61,518 nt of DNA, filler included, from Sphacelaria rigidula (GCA_964200075.2; 11 parts of 11 records of this genome joined end to end with filler, not necessarily neighbours in it), one strand, 5' to 3'; numbered from the whole stretch's first letter, positions 37,092 to 49,680 are shown. The notes: generated by a model not told the origin, from the letters alone. Translations and numbers: made by a program.

Positions 37092-37560
37092 AGAGCGACT
37101 GCGTATACGAAGTACTGTTGTAGTCTAGTGCAAGAACCTATAGCGATAAGAGCGACTGTACAGATAGCTGTTGCTCTATGTATCACCCGTCACCGTCGTT
37201 GTGCTTGTCGGGAGAGTCGCCGCCGCAAGCGATGACACAACTCCAAGAGCGACTGCACATACGAAGTTCTGTTGTAGTGTAGTGGAACAGCCGCAAGCCA
37301 CAGGAGCGACTGCACAGATGGCCGTTGTTCTATGTTTTACGGGAATCCAATCAAATTCCATAAAGCCGCAAGCCAGAGCGACTGTACATATAGCTTTTGC
37401 TCTTTTATATAACCGATCCTCACCGTTGTGCTTGTCATGAGAGTCGCTGCCGCAAGCGATGCCCCAAGCCACAAGAGCGACTGTACATATAGTTGTTGCT
37501 CTATATGTTCGACTGTACTCCAATCCCATTCCATAGTCAGAGCGAGTGTAAAATATCGTT
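37092..37560 (+). repeat. Array of AGAGCGACTGYACA(T/G)A core repeats with higher-order structure
   Basis: Cores at 37092, 37149, 37246, 37303, 37375, 37474 and 37539. Confidence 0.8.
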
Positions 37561-37756
37561 CCGAACAGGATCGTTTTCAATTTGGAAAGAGTATGGAAAC
37601 ACCGGACGCAAATGTACATATCTATGTATCGAGCGAAGAGACTTTTTCGCTATTAATACAATTGACACATGAAACAATAGTTATCATACATGAAATAAAA
37701 TCACCTACTCGTAGCCGTTACACTTTACACGTCATTTTAGTTCAGACAGTACTGAC

Positions 37757-37936
37757 CTCCTTGTGCCATCTCCTTCACGACCTGTACCTTGTACATGCCC
37801 ACCGTCATCTCTTGTGTCAGGTACTCCGTCGTGCGCTGCACTGCGTGTCCCACAAAGCCCAAGAGTCCCTTCGTCGCTTTTCCCGCGCCCTTGCTCAGCT
37901 CTTTCATCACGTTGCCCGCCCCCTGACCAGCGGCAC
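37757..37936 (-). CDS. Ser/Thr protein kinase N-terminal exon (NAK/AAK1-like start of subdomain I)
   Basis: 180-bp AG/GT-bounded phase 1-1 exon ending TVGMYKVQVVKEMAQG(G), which resembles the VxVxxxLAEGG entry to the Gly-rich loop of NAK kinases. Confidence 0.6.
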
Positions 37937-38944
37937 CTGCGTCCACAAACAAAGGCGCAGAAAAAACAAAAGTATATAGTCAGTACAGAAGAGCTTGTGC
38001 GAACTGGTCGGCGCAGCAGTCTTTTTAACAAAACAACAGAGTCGAAAATTTATAGTCATGGTTGAACGAACCCAATTTCCATGCACTACTGTACATATGA
38101 TTTGGCGCAGAGACCTCCTCAATAATATATGATGTCATGACCCTCCATTTGTTTTGGGTTTGGCATTGGGGTTACAGGAAGCGTTCTACAGATGGCGCCA
38201 CTACTTGAGAACTCGGAAGCTAGGGACTTGAGTCTCAAAGTTTTCAAAAAATAAGAACTCTTTGCAAAATCGTGATGCCTGAATAAGAACCCCTCACTAA
38301 AAGCCCATTTGATGGCTTCATTGGCAGCCCACGAAGGTAATAAGAAGTCGAGCCTCACACCGAATAGAAGCTTCGTGAGTGATGGCGCCACCTGTATATG
38401 AACCGTTACATTTCGGCCGCTTGCTCAACAGTGCCCTTAACTGGTTGACCAATAAGCCCCTGAATGATTGAACAAATAGTTGGTTTTGAGTATAGACTCT
38501 CGACACATTCGGATCTTTCGGGAGGCTGACAGTCCCTGGTGCCCGCCTCACAGCGCGCGCAGGACGCATTTTGTGCTCAAACCGGCGCCTAGATTTTGAC
38601 ACCTGCAAACTTCAGGGGACACTTCTTCCTGTTGTGATGTTATCATATCCACCACTCCCGTACTTCGAGGGTTCTTTGAGTGCCCTGTATTGGGGGTTAC
38701 GGTTACAAATATGGGGTTGAATAACATCAGGATTGGACAAGAGCAACGTATGTTTCAACCACGGAAATTGTCAACAATTTCGTGTAGGCGTACCTCGCAC
38801 GTAAAACAAACACTGTTCTCAAACAAGGAACTTTTACTGAGTACTGGTAATCTCCGCTGCAGTAGTACTGTACGAGTAAAAGTAGCTCTCTCCCGTGTCG
38901 GTATGGTCATTTTTTTTTCATTATTTTATTACTATTTATTTTTT

Positions 38945-39088
38945 CTTGCACTTTGAACCCCTCCCCTTCCTCGGGACGAGTTCGTGGTCTAACAGCCTCG
39001 AGGGATCAACCCATCTCTCCCCGGTACACGCCTTGAATTTGGGTCTCGCGGATTGGGTCAGCACTCCCACACCGCGTCAACTCACGTC
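38945..39088 (-). repeat. SINE/LINE-tail-like dispersed repeat with A-rich tail (second copy 47685-47835, + strand)
   Basis: GTGAGTTGACGCGGTG.GG.GTGCTGACCCAATCCGCGAGACC...CCCGAGGAAGGGGAGG.GTTCAAAGTG followed by an A-rich tract, on two unrelated contigs. Confidence 0.85.
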
Positions 39089-39297
39089 ACACAAACCCAG
39101 TCAACTACATTGTTNNNNNNNNNNNNNNNNNNNNNNNNNNNNNNNNNNNNNNNNNNNNTTAATTAATTAANNNNNNNNNNNNNNNNNNNNNNNNNNNNNN
39201 NNNNNNNNNNNNNNCGGGGAGCGGTTGATTCTCATTTCAAAATACGTTCTCATTTTTCTGGCAACCCTGTTATTCGTCCAATCATACAGGTATATGT

Positions 39298-39494
39298 GTG
39301 AGAGGACCGCGTGCTTAGAGGACCGCGCCGTAGTTCAAAACACCTCAGGATCGACGTTTTTCAAAAACAATGGGGCCAGTTCCTACAGACATACCACGCC
39401 CCTGACCATAACCCTAACACTAACCCTGACCCTAACCCTAACCATAGGGATATTCAAATTCCGATGCGGTCCTCTAAGCACGCGGTCCTCTCAC
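39298..39494. mobile_element. MITE with 29-bp perfect TIR and internal (CCCTAA)n-like tract
   Basis: GTGAGAGGACCGCGTGCTTAGAGGACCGC / GCGGTCCTCTAAGCACGCGGTCCTCTCAC, with telomere-like hexamers at 39405-39445. Confidence 0.85.
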
Positions 39495-39755
39495 GAATCA
39501 CACAGGGGTAGACAGCGGGAGCGTTACCGACTGTACCACGAATGCCTTCCCAACTGCTGATGCACAGACCCTCTGTTGAGCGAACCCGCTGTCTTGGATA
39601 AGTAATGGAATCCAAACTCGGACATGACCTCAGATAATACTCCTCACTGCTGATATCTATTACCGTGATTGGTGTAGCAGCAATCGCAGGTGCGTAATGC
39701 AACAGTTGTTTCGACTCTGACTCACACACTCGATATTCCTGTCCGAACCATTCAG

Positions 39756-39936
39756 GCTATGGCGGGTGCCGACGCGTCCGGCGACGGAGGTATGACGCTT
39801 TCAACGCTTAAGCTGCATCGTGGGTACTACCGCACGTCTATCGAGAGTGCTATCTTCCTGAAATGCCACCGAGAGGAGGCTTGCGTCGGGGGTGTAAATA
39901 GCAGTCACTACTGCGGAAAGGGTTACAAAGGACCAT
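39756..39936 (+). CDS. Cys-rich multi-pass membrane protein, extracellular Cys-rich exon
   Basis: GMTLSTLKLHRGYYRTSIESAIFLKCHREEACVGGVNSSHYCGKGYKGP, then donor GTAAGA (phase 1). The 5' boundary is uncertain. Confidence 0.72.
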
Positions 39937-40487
39937 GTAAGACAAATCTGTAAGGCGCCTTGCACGGTAAGTGTATAATATTTTCGATGATATTTTGACC
40001 CTTTTAGAACCCGTGAAAAAACGGTAGAAACTCCCATATGCGAGCTCTCGTCACCGGAAAACGTCATGTCGAGTACGGTGCACGAATCTATCACAGTAGT
40101 ACACTTGCACGTGAAGTGATGCTCCGTTTTGGTGGGCTGCATCGACAGTTGCAGAAAAGCAACCATGTGTTGCCGAAAGAAAACGTCAATTGTGAATCTC
40201 CACTTTTCCATCAACGGTTCCAAAGGGTTGAGCGGCTGCCCAAAATTTGCACGTGCAGCTACCAAACCGCGCTGCTCACACCCCGCCATAGGAGAGGCCT
40301 CCGACTCGCGTCCCTCTTGCGTTTTGGGTGTGAAATTGTTTCAAGGTCTCCCCATTAGGGATTTACTTCTCTAAGGACTCGCGCAAGAGGAAACAACCGA
40401 CCTTCCAGGGAATTAACAAACCACGGTTCTTGATGACGCGCATGCCGTTGATCGATACACACCCGCTCCTCTCCCTGACGCATGCAG

Positions 40488-40574
40488 ACTGTGCGGTATG
40501 CGAAGAGGGCTACGCGTCCGGATACCAATACAGCTGCTCCAGCTGCTTCGGCGAGAACAAGCGGTCAGCCATGG
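40488..40574 (+). CDS. Cys-rich multi-pass membrane protein exon
   Basis: Acceptor CATGCAG. T+AC completes Y in YCAVCEEGYASGYQYSCSSCFGENKRSAM. The 3' boundary is 40574 (CT instead of GT) or 40601. Confidence 0.75.
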
Positions 40575-41469
40575 CTAAGCACTTTGCTTTCTGTGTGGAG
40601 GGTAGAGTAAGGACGCTCGGGATATAGGATTCACTCATAATAGAGTGTCTTGCTGTCCGAGGACCTTCGTCGTACGTTGGAGAATGACATCCAGCCACCG
40701 GATCTATTGACGTGGTTTCAGGTTCTGAAATCTTTGATGTAACGCATATTGGCGGGGTTACGCCGGTGCTGCTAGTCGCGTAGGTGCATGAGGATAAAAA
40801 AAGCAGTGGACAGAGAGAGGCGAACGCGTATTTCGCTATACGCTCGACAGCAATGGTCACTACTCCCCCCGTTGTCGTGAGACAGGTCAACTCAGTCGAG
40901 ATGCCCCTTCCTCGCGTCGGCTGCCGTCGGTCGGCCGCTACGTTGTAAAGCATGCATGTTTGCCGGGGAAAGCCAGACAACCAGGTTGAAGCTTTCGCTT
41001 TTCGCGGTAACTATGAATGGTGGTCGAGTTGGGCCATCTTGTGCGGGGTGGGGAACCTCAACCTAGCATCAATGAGGATGCCCGGACTACGTAGCGTGAA
41101 AAGATCATGCGCTCACGAGGTGGTCACGGACTATGTACCCATGGTCGTCTCTGAAAGTAGTGAACCAGAAAGCAAACCAAGTGATGCAAATTTGTCATCT
41201 ATATACGAAAATAGGCACAACTCACCAAACGCACCTTGTGGGATGTAGCTCACCCTTGATGCGACTCGGTAGACATCCCACGGCGCTTCGCGCTTACTAC
41301 AAGGTTTACTAACCTAGTGCGATGGAATCCTTGCGTGCCCCGTTCCGTCGTAGTGAGGCATGCGAGGTTTATGGTCTAACGACCACGGTATGCATGGCCA
41401 TGAGTACCCCCCCGCGCGCCCCGTGCTCGCGCTCTCCCTTGCACCGCGTGGCGTCATGAATTGACACAG

Positions 41470-41672
41470 GCACATCAATAGCTATATTCCTAGCTTCGCT
41501 GATTGTCATTGCCCTGGTGATCGCGGATCTCATCCGGGTGGTGGATGGGAATATTACCGACACGGCATCCACACTGGAGAAGAGGCTCACCTATTGTCGA
41601 GACCGGATCGCCAACATCGTCCCGCTCACGTCGATCAAGATCGTCGTGGTCGTATGGCAAATTGTCACGCAG
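41470..41672 (+). CDS. Cys-rich multi-pass membrane protein exon (first TM helices)
   Basis: Acceptor TTGACACAG; (G)TSIAIFLASLIVIALVIADL...PLTSIKIVVVVWQIVTQ; donor GTGAGG. Confidence 0.8.
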
Positions 41673-41924
41673 GTGAGGGAGGGTGCGGTGGCGCAATATT
41701 TCGACGGCTACTTGTTTCGGGAAGGCAGGCGCACTATCTAAAGATGATCTTAGGCACCGCATTGGGGAGTGATTATTGCAAAGCCCAACTTACAGCGCGT
41801 TATATTTGTTGCAGCAGCGTTCTCTCTGATATTCAACAGCGGTTCGAATTTCGTCGAACTGCTTTGACTCGGGTATCGATCCCTCCCTTCATTTCTGTCG
41901 GTCGTTCTCAAAAAACAAAAACAG

Positions 41925-43031
41925 TTTTCTTCAGTGGTGAACGTGGTGTATCCCGATGTGTACGAGAGATTCCTGTCCACGCTGAACCTGGTGAACCTCG
42001 ATCTCGGCTTCATCCTATCCGTGTCATGTATAGTCGACACCAACTTTTACGTCCGGCTCGGTTTCGTCACAATCAGCCCGCTGGTTGTGTGTGGAGTTCT
42101 AGCAGGGACGAACACCGTGTCTAGGTCAAGGAATCGGCACTCTCCCGCGGCGATGCAAGTTGCCGAACACAAGCATATATCGATCGCGCTCCTTGTTACG
42201 TTTTTTATATACTCCTCGGTGTCGTTCACCATATTCCAAACGTTCGTTTGCGAGCCGCTGGATGATGGGGTAAAATACTTGCGGGCGGACTACAGCCTCA
42301 CCTGCTCAACAGGCCTCCACACGGCGATGCAGGTGTACGCCGGTCTGATGATCTTCGTATACCCAGTAGGCATCCCGGCCTTTTTCGCTTGGTGGTTCAT
42401 TTCTCACCGACACGACCTCGTGAAGGTTGGCGCTACTGGCACCTCCTCAGAAGCATCCACGACGCTGGACCTCTTGAAGCCCATGCGGGATCTCTGGGTT
42501 ACCTATAAACCCCGCCGGTACTATTATGAGGTGGTGGAGTGTTGTCGGCGGATAGCGTTGACAGGGCTGGCCGTATTTTTGATGCCCGGCAGCGCGGCGC
42601 AGGTAGCGATTGAGGTGGTGCTCGCTGGTGTGTTTATCGCGTTGTCCGAAAGGCTTTTGCCTTTTGCGGACCCCTTGGATGCGTGGCTGTACCGTTGCGG
42701 TATATGGGTTGTTTTTTTCTCCATGTACCTGTGTCTGTTGTTGAAAGTCGATGCTTCGGACGAGGACAGTCGAAGCCAAGTGGTGTTTGCGAAGGTCCTA
42801 ATCGCGGCGCATGTTTGCATGATTGTGATGGTAGTGGTCCAGGCCGTGCTCTCGATGAGGAGGAGCCTCGTTTCCGTGCGGGACCAGCCGGTTGCTAATC
42901 AAACTTCCCGAGGGTCGCGTTTCACACAGGTGCGCGATGTGGATGCTACGGTTGATGCTGAAGACAGATACAAGTCACAGTGGTCGTCAGGAGCTGATGA
43001 AACCGCTAGGAGAGTCACAATACCAGGATGA
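41925..43031 (+). CDS. Cys-rich multi-pass membrane protein, terminal exon (multiple TM helices)
   Basis: Phase-0 acceptor AAACAG. Open frame FSSVVNVVYPDVYERFL...FQTFVCE..YLRADYSLTC...YPVGIP...YKPRRYYYEVVECCRRIALTG to a TGA. Resembles a large stramenopile family with an N-terminal beta-helix/Cys-rich region. Confidence 0.9.
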   Translation, partial: FSSVVNVVYPDVYERFLSTLNLVNLDLGFILSVSCIVDTNFYVRLGFVTISPLVVCGVLAGTNTVSRSRNRHSPAAMQVAEHKHISIALLVTFFIYSSVSFTIFQTFVCEPLDDGVKYLRADYSLTCSTGLHTAMQVYAGLMIFVYPVGIPAFFAWWFISHRHDLVKVGATGTSSEASTTLDLLKPMRDLWVTYKPRRYYYEVVECCRRIALTGLAVFLMPGSAAQVAIEVVLAGVFIALSERLLPFADPLDAWLYRCGIWVVFFSMYLCLLLKVDASDEDSRSQVVFAKVLIAAHVCMIVMVVVQAVLSMRRSLVSVRDQPVANQTSRGSRFTQVRDVDATVDAEDRYKSQWSSGADETARRVTIPG

Positions 43032-44874
43032 GTGTTACAGCTTGTATGTCAGCCAAAACCTTGGGTCAAAGGGTGTTTCATGAGACGTATCTGTTTGTTT
43101 GATCCGACCACCCACCGAGTTCGAATGAGATCTTGTTTCCGGATATCTGATGTATTTTGTTGCGATGCGCTACATTGAAAGGCAGAGCAGCAGTAAGGAT
43201 AGGGGAATCGGTATAAGGATAACAAGGGTGCGTTAACTACGCTTATGTTTTGCACGTTTGATTCATCATGATAACACTATTATGGTACAGGATATTGGGA
43301 GGCGGTCATCGATAGTAGGGTGTTGGAGGCGAACTCAACATTATGCATGGGCAAGACTCTGACGCCACGTGTTGTGGAGAGTACATTTTGGTCTCCAGGT
43401 GCTTCTTGAGCTATGAAAGCAAGGCCTGCTGTAGGTGATCCACGGCGGGTGGAGTACTTGGTGAAGGGGGTGGCTTTTTTGAGAAGGTCAACGGCAGGTG
43501 GAGAGGGAGGTTGGAGTCAGTAGGAAGTGGTTCAAGGATGGGAGATGCGCCGGCATGGATCAGCACAGGGGTTGGGGGGTCGAGTGGCTTGCTTCAATGA
43601 CTACGGGAGGGATGAAGTCATACGCGTTTAGAGTTTTTTCAGTTGTTCGCAATGAACGTGAACAACAATGTATGAGAGTAACGACACGGTACCCTTGACA
43701 CGGGGACCAGTGACGGCCTCCGTAGGCCTGGTATCAACGCTGATGACCTAAAAACAAATGCAGAGAGCTTTGATGGGTCCAAGCATTCATTTCCTGGGTT
43801 TCGGCGTGAGTTTGGTTTGGATGAAATGGTCGATCATCAATTCGAAGTAAACAGTATGTATTTTTTCTGTATTTCGTGTCTCTTATTTTCCCGACGATCA
43901 GGGCTGATGTTAATTGTGTTTCGTTGGAACTTTGATCGCTAGTCACCGTTGAAGCAGGCGCTAGGGCATCGATCGAGTTCCCTAAGTTCTCCGAGACCGT
44001 AGGGCTAACGGCGATTTCGAAGTTTGAAACAGCAGCATGCCCGAAGGTTTTGATAGTCTGGGACATTGGTCTAGTGTGTTTCAAGTCACAGTAGCGGCCC
44101 GCTTATGAGAAATGAGGTGGTGAGAAAATCAGTCTGAAATTTCGCAAAAAGCAAAAGATGTATATCCCGCTTCAGCGACGACCGCTACATCAAGTCCAAT
44201 GCAGTAGGCCATGCATGATCAACCTTCGCCTTGGACAAAAAAAGGCTGAGTTCGGGTTTTTGCTTTACCATGAACGGGCCGCTAACGTAGTCGTTCCTTG
44301 AGCAATCAGTGTTTGAGGTACTCGGATACTGATAGCGCGCAAACCTTGTTTCGAAGCTGCTACAAAAGGCATCGTTTCGTGTACACCGTGAACTTGTGAT
44401 GAATATTTATTTGATGTTGCGATTTTCTTGTTCGATACTGTGTTCAACCACTTCAGTACTGTAATCGGAATCACGGTGAGCGCGATGTGATGCCATGATT
44501 CCTCCCGCAGTACAAGCCCAGGTCGGTCTATTTTCGTATTTTCTGGGTAGTTCTATGTTCTTTGTTCATGTTTGGTATTCCTGAGGACATGTAGGGGGGA
44601 TGACCGGCATCGCCACTCCCTCCGGGATCGTGGGGCTAATAACAGCCAATCATCTATATTGAGGATGGTGCTATTGATTGAGGATGAGAACCCGGAGGAT
44701 TAAAATCTTCGTATCNNNNNNNNNNNNNNNNNNNNNNNNNNNNNNNNNNNNNNNNNNNNTTAATTAATTAANNNNNNNNNNNNNNNNNNNNNNNNNNNNN
44801 NNNNNNNNNNNNNNNCATCCCTTTCGAGACAGAGCAGGGAGGAGGGGGGGGGCTTTCGAGACGGAGCAGGGGGG

Positions 44875-45650
44875 GGTACTCATTTGTTACTTGCCTTAGT
44901 CATTCGACCTTTGACCACGCATCCTTTCGAGACGGAGCATCGTCCCTACTCCTGACCTCCTTCCAACATTCGGGCACTCATTACCTTCATTCCATACACT
45001 GCACGAAGACCTTGTACGTATGGTATCCCCTTCCTGTTTTGCCGTCTCTGGCCACCATCCGTCTGCTTGTGCAGCCATCGTTTTCTCGCTACTGTCTAAC
45101 GTATGACACGATTACATGCCACCTCCGTTTACTCACCACGTTTCCCCCTCTAACACGTCCCCTTCCTCCTTGCACACACATTCTGCCACTAGATGAAATC
45201 TTCTCTCTATTGCTTTGCAACATGGGCAATTCTGTGCATCTGCTTCTCCACTTGTGTACTGTACACCTCCTGCCTTCTTTCAGGTAGGTCCAGCTCCCCC
45301 TCGCGGAATCGCAATTTCAATCTTTCGCATAGTCTATTGGACCACGCAGATATTTTTTCATTCCTATCCCCTCACTCGAACCCCGTATATCTCCAGGTGC
45401 TCTTCCTCATCTTCTTGCCGTCTTGGTGCTTATTTTTTCCTTATTTCTATCATGCCTCGTCACTTTGTCTTGTACCATCCACATTCATACATGGGGATCA
45501 TCTCTTGGTTTTCTCCTACGTCCTTCCATACTTTCTCGACTACGCTATCCCACCTCATTCCAGGCTGCCCCCATCAGCTATGGCTGGTGCCTTCTCCTCG
45601 CCATGCTTTCTTTCGATGTTGGTGAAGGTGGTGAAAAAAAGTACGATGGA
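44875..45650 (-). mobile_element. 5'-truncated LINE (ORF2 C-terminus and 3' end), decayed
   Basis: EGIGMKKYLRGPIDYAKRLKLRFREGELDLPERR, DGWWPETAKQEGD..CSVWNEGNECPNVG. Ends in the shared 3' tip. Confidence 0.85.
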
Positions 45651-47009
45651 ATAGATTGTTCGAAAGTACAGGCTTATGCTCCCCGGATTTCCGAGGTGGT
45701 CGGCGCAGGAGGCGGAGAGGGGGGGCGTACTCATTTGTTGCTTGCCTTAGTTGTTTGACCATTGACCACGCATCCCTTTCGAGAAGGAGGCGGAGAGGGA
45801 GCGAGGCGTACACCTCATGCGGTGTAATTCGTTTGATGCAATCCGATAACTTTCATTCGATGTGCCCGGAACAGTTGTTATCGCTTCGACCCGATCCGGC
45901 AAGTTCTGAGTGGAAACAAGTGCGTACCGTGAGTAACGCACAAAAGTGTGCAACACTCCCGCGTGAATATTTCCTGGGGCCCAAAAAAAGTCGTCAAGTG
46001 GGGATGTTTTTCAGGGGCAGAGGGAGGGGATGGGGGTGGTTTATAACGTACCGCGATACAGCACTGTGGAAGCCTACCTGGTGCCAAAAGTAGTAAGGCT
46101 TTTCACAATCAGCGACACAGGTACTGTTTCACGTGTCCATGTTGTCCAATGTTCAACGGTTTAGGAGATGACCATACGAGGTTTCTGGCTCTAGTCGCCC
46201 GGTTGTGAAAATAAGTTTCGACTTTTTATTCCCGTCTGGTTCAGAGATGGTTCTGCTCTGTAGAATATACCTGCTGGGAAAATTGAGTATTTACAAACGT
46301 ACGAAAAGAGATACTTTATCGGAAAATGCCATTTCGAACCATACCGGAAGGTTCGGAATAGGGCTCGATACCCTGCTGTACCATTCCGGAATGTTCGGAA
46401 CACATTCCGCTATGGCTTAGTATGCGAACCAAAAATCCCCCGCTTCTGGGTGTATCCTATTAATACAGGACATGATCTTGCAAGTTTTCAGTTTGGTCGT
46501 CTGGTTCAAAGATGGCCATGTGAGACTTCTATCCGATTCGGATATAGCCACGTGGGAGAGTGCCCTGTACGTGAAACGCCTTGAAAAGCAGCCCAACACT
46601 TCACCACCGTGACGCGTTATTATCCAAGCACCAGAGGAATCCCAAATGCCAAGTACAAATTACAAGGGTTGTGCATCGTGAGCGACACAAAATATTTACA
46701 TATATATATATATATATATATATTGGATATCTTGCTATTCTCCTCCTTAATTCAGTGCCTTGTTCGTTCTAGAGGACGTAGGTTGGTGGCGTGCCTGTAG
46801 ACGTGAACTCAAACGCACACATACACATACCTAGAGCAGCAGAGTGGGCGAATCGAAAGCTGATGATCGTTACATGAACAACAACCCTCCCCCGATGCCT
46901 CAGATCCGTCAAGCACGAAACATGAAGGGATGGGGTTAGATCGCACTGTGTGTGTGTGAGAGTGTGAGAGTGTTTGAGTGTGTGGGTAGGTGAGTGGGTA
47001 TGGGTGTAC

Positions 47010-47090
47010 CTGGAGAACGCAGGTGGCCACCAGCAAATCATCGTGCCAGCCCCCAACCTTGAACGCTACCGCCACCTTCGTTAGCCTGTC
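47010..47090 (-). CDS. PMPCA: Mitochondrial processing peptidase alpha subunit, next exon
   Basis: 81-bp phase 0-0 exon DRLTKVAVAFKVGGWHDDLLVATCVLQ, the segment that precedes the Gly-rich loop of alpha-MPP. Confidence 0.85.
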
Positions 47091-48014
47091 CTGCTCCATA
47101 TCGAACGCAGACGAGAAAAATGCATACAAACGCATATACAAATATCGGGCAACGAGCAAATGCGGCAAGAGAGGAAACGAGGGAGTCCCGAGAGACACGA
47201 CACAGAGCGACCGAAAAAAGAGGAGGGGGGAAGCGAAAGGAAAAAAATGTGGGAAAGAAATGTTAACACAGCAGGAAGGTGTTTACACGAAGTTCGCTCC
47301 TTTCATATCCATGAGTTGATGCACCCTTGAATTTCGTCTGCACAGGTCATTTTCTCTCGATGCCAGCGCTGGATTCGCCCATGACAGTGATTTTCTTGCT
47401 GTTGTTCTGCTTCACTTCCTTGTGTGTTGGTCTCTTCTCATTTATTTTCTGTCCTTGTTCCATTTCGTCTTCCTTCCATGATAATTTTTTTGGTTCCGTT
47501 TTCCTTTTTTTGTTTTGTCTCGGTTGTTTTTCTTTCATTTCTTTTTCTTCTGCCTTCTATTTTTCTTCAGTTCAGTCTTTACTTTCGTCTGTTTTTTATC
47601 GTTTCATTCCCACACATTCCCACGTTCCCTTCTCCTCGAGTCATCTCTCCGCTGGTGTTTGGTTTTTCATTTATTTATCGCACGTCGTGAGTTGACGCGG
47701 TGCGGGGGTGCTGACCCAATCCGCGAGACCAAAATGAAAGGCGCGTACCGGGGTAGAGATGGGTTGATCCCTTGAGACCACGGACTCATCCCGAGGAAGG
47801 GGAGGAGTTCAAAGTGTAGGGAAAAAAAAAAAAACATGGGTCAATTGAATTCGTCTGGACCAGTTACTGCACGACCGCCATTCAACCAATCAGTTCAACC
47901 AAATGATGTGACCTGTTCGTACCTGTCAACCATGAATTTATGGAGATGAACGGGGGGGAACACGGCTACAACAACAACAACAACATCACACACACAAGCG
48001 AAGAAAAGAAAGGC

Positions 48015-48068
48015 AAAGCAGAGCAAAGCAAAGCAAAGCAAAGCAAAGCAACGCAACGCAAAGCAAAA
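48015..48068 (+). repeat. (AAAGC)n microsatellite
   Basis: Direct inspection. Confidence 0.9.
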
Positions 48069-48199
48069 ACAAGGACCAGCCGTGCACACGTTATCGACGT
48101 TCCGGGGACATTTATCGTATTTCCGATCGGTCCTCCCCCTATTGATAAAACACCTTCTGGCCATCTTTCGTGGTGGTCGGGGGGGGGGGGGTTCCTTAC

Positions 48200-48389
48200 C
48201 TTATCTGCACTAATGATATTCCGCACTTCGCCGCCCGAGTACACAGATGGCGTCTCCTTCGAGGCCGCGCTCGAACCTCGCCCCTTGCCCCCCACCGGCA
48301 TCCCGCTAAACAGCTTCTCGCCTAGTCGAACCAGCTCATCGTGGTCTACGCCTGCCCCTGCCAATATCGTATTCTCCGCGGTGAAAAAC
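48200..48389 (-). CDS. PMPCA: Mitochondrial processing peptidase alpha subunit (M16 family) exon
   Basis: AG/GT-bounded: FFTAENTILAGAGVDHDELVRLGEKLFSGMP...PSVYSGGEVRNIISADK. Confidence 0.82.
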
Positions 48390-49514
48390 CTGCGCGCGCG
48401 CGCGTGTGTGTTTGTGTACGTGTATGTGATGGGTAGGATTTGTACAACAGTACGATATTAGATGATGACTACATACTTGCGTACACCAGAAATTCGGTAT
48501 ATCGGCACCATTGACGTTACGATGTACCGCGAAAAGAAATCGGTGGCTGCGCCTTTGCAGGCTAGTGGAAGGTGATACCGCCGCACAAAGGTCGGCGCAA
48601 GCCTGATCGTACTGCTTCATCATCCATTGGGTTCTCCTGTGGATAATGACCTACTATTCTGGCAGGCATTGCACATCGTCATAACGAGCGTAAAACTAGC
48701 GATATTGGCATCAATTAACCATGTGATTCGGTAGGATTCATTGGATAATTGATTGTCGCACATCAAACGATTCCCTAGGGATCCAGCCGCAATTGCTCAA
48801 TATCCACAAGATTGATGTACCCACGGTATACAAACCGGAAACACTCGCTTGAGAAAAGCGACAGAAACAGAAAGATAGACCAGACAAGAGTATACCACAA
48901 AAGAAAAGAAAGCAAACGACACCACGGAAAACAAGAAACGTCCGGCCTCTTCGACGAAGCTTGAGGTGGAAAATATCTTGCGCAAAAGCCGCTGATACCC
49001 AAACGAAAACACGAAAGCCATGGAAATAGATCGTGGCTCAGCTCTTCCAGCCACACGATTTTGGGTACGAGCTCTCACCCGTGAACCCAACGGAAGCAAG
49101 GTGCTAAACTGCGACTGGCATATGCCGAAAGGAAGTAAACACATGGAGAGAGATGGGGAGAGAGAGAGAGAGAGCACGGAAGAAGGAAACTGCGGTAATG
49201 ACGAAGCCCAAGGGCTCAGTACAGTAGAGCAGGTACAAACACACAAACTAGGGAACACCGCAAGATCGCTGACCCAGGACAAAATCAACAACCGACAGGA
49301 GAAGACAGGGGTACATCAGTTTTGGGCGTTAGCCCAGCCTCCCCCACTCATCCCTAGTCGGGTACAAAGCGGGACATTTTCTCGGCCACGTACACCTTGG
49401 AGTCCTCCCGAGCTGTTGTCGTTGTTGTGTTCGACATGATGACATGTTATTATTACATGTGCACCTTGTGTGCAGCCAGTAACGGGCAGCAACCTGGCGA
49501 TACCGGAGCCAAAA

Positions 49515-49680
49515 TACGGATATACGACATGATACGGTACGATATAATACGATACGATACGATATGGTATGATACGATAAAATACGATACGATACGGTAT
49601 GGTTTGAAATGATATGATACGATACGACATGATACGATACGACATGATACGATACGACATGATACGATACGACATATCGG
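49515..49680 (+). repeat. (ACGAT)n-type pentamer repeat with a 20-bp higher-order unit
   Basis: GATACGATACGACATGATAC-like units. Confidence 0.9.

Noticed and set aside
37092..37560. CRISPR array
   Set aside because: The spacers are related to one another and vary from 57 to 99 bp in period. There are no cas genes, and the context is a eukaryotic intron.
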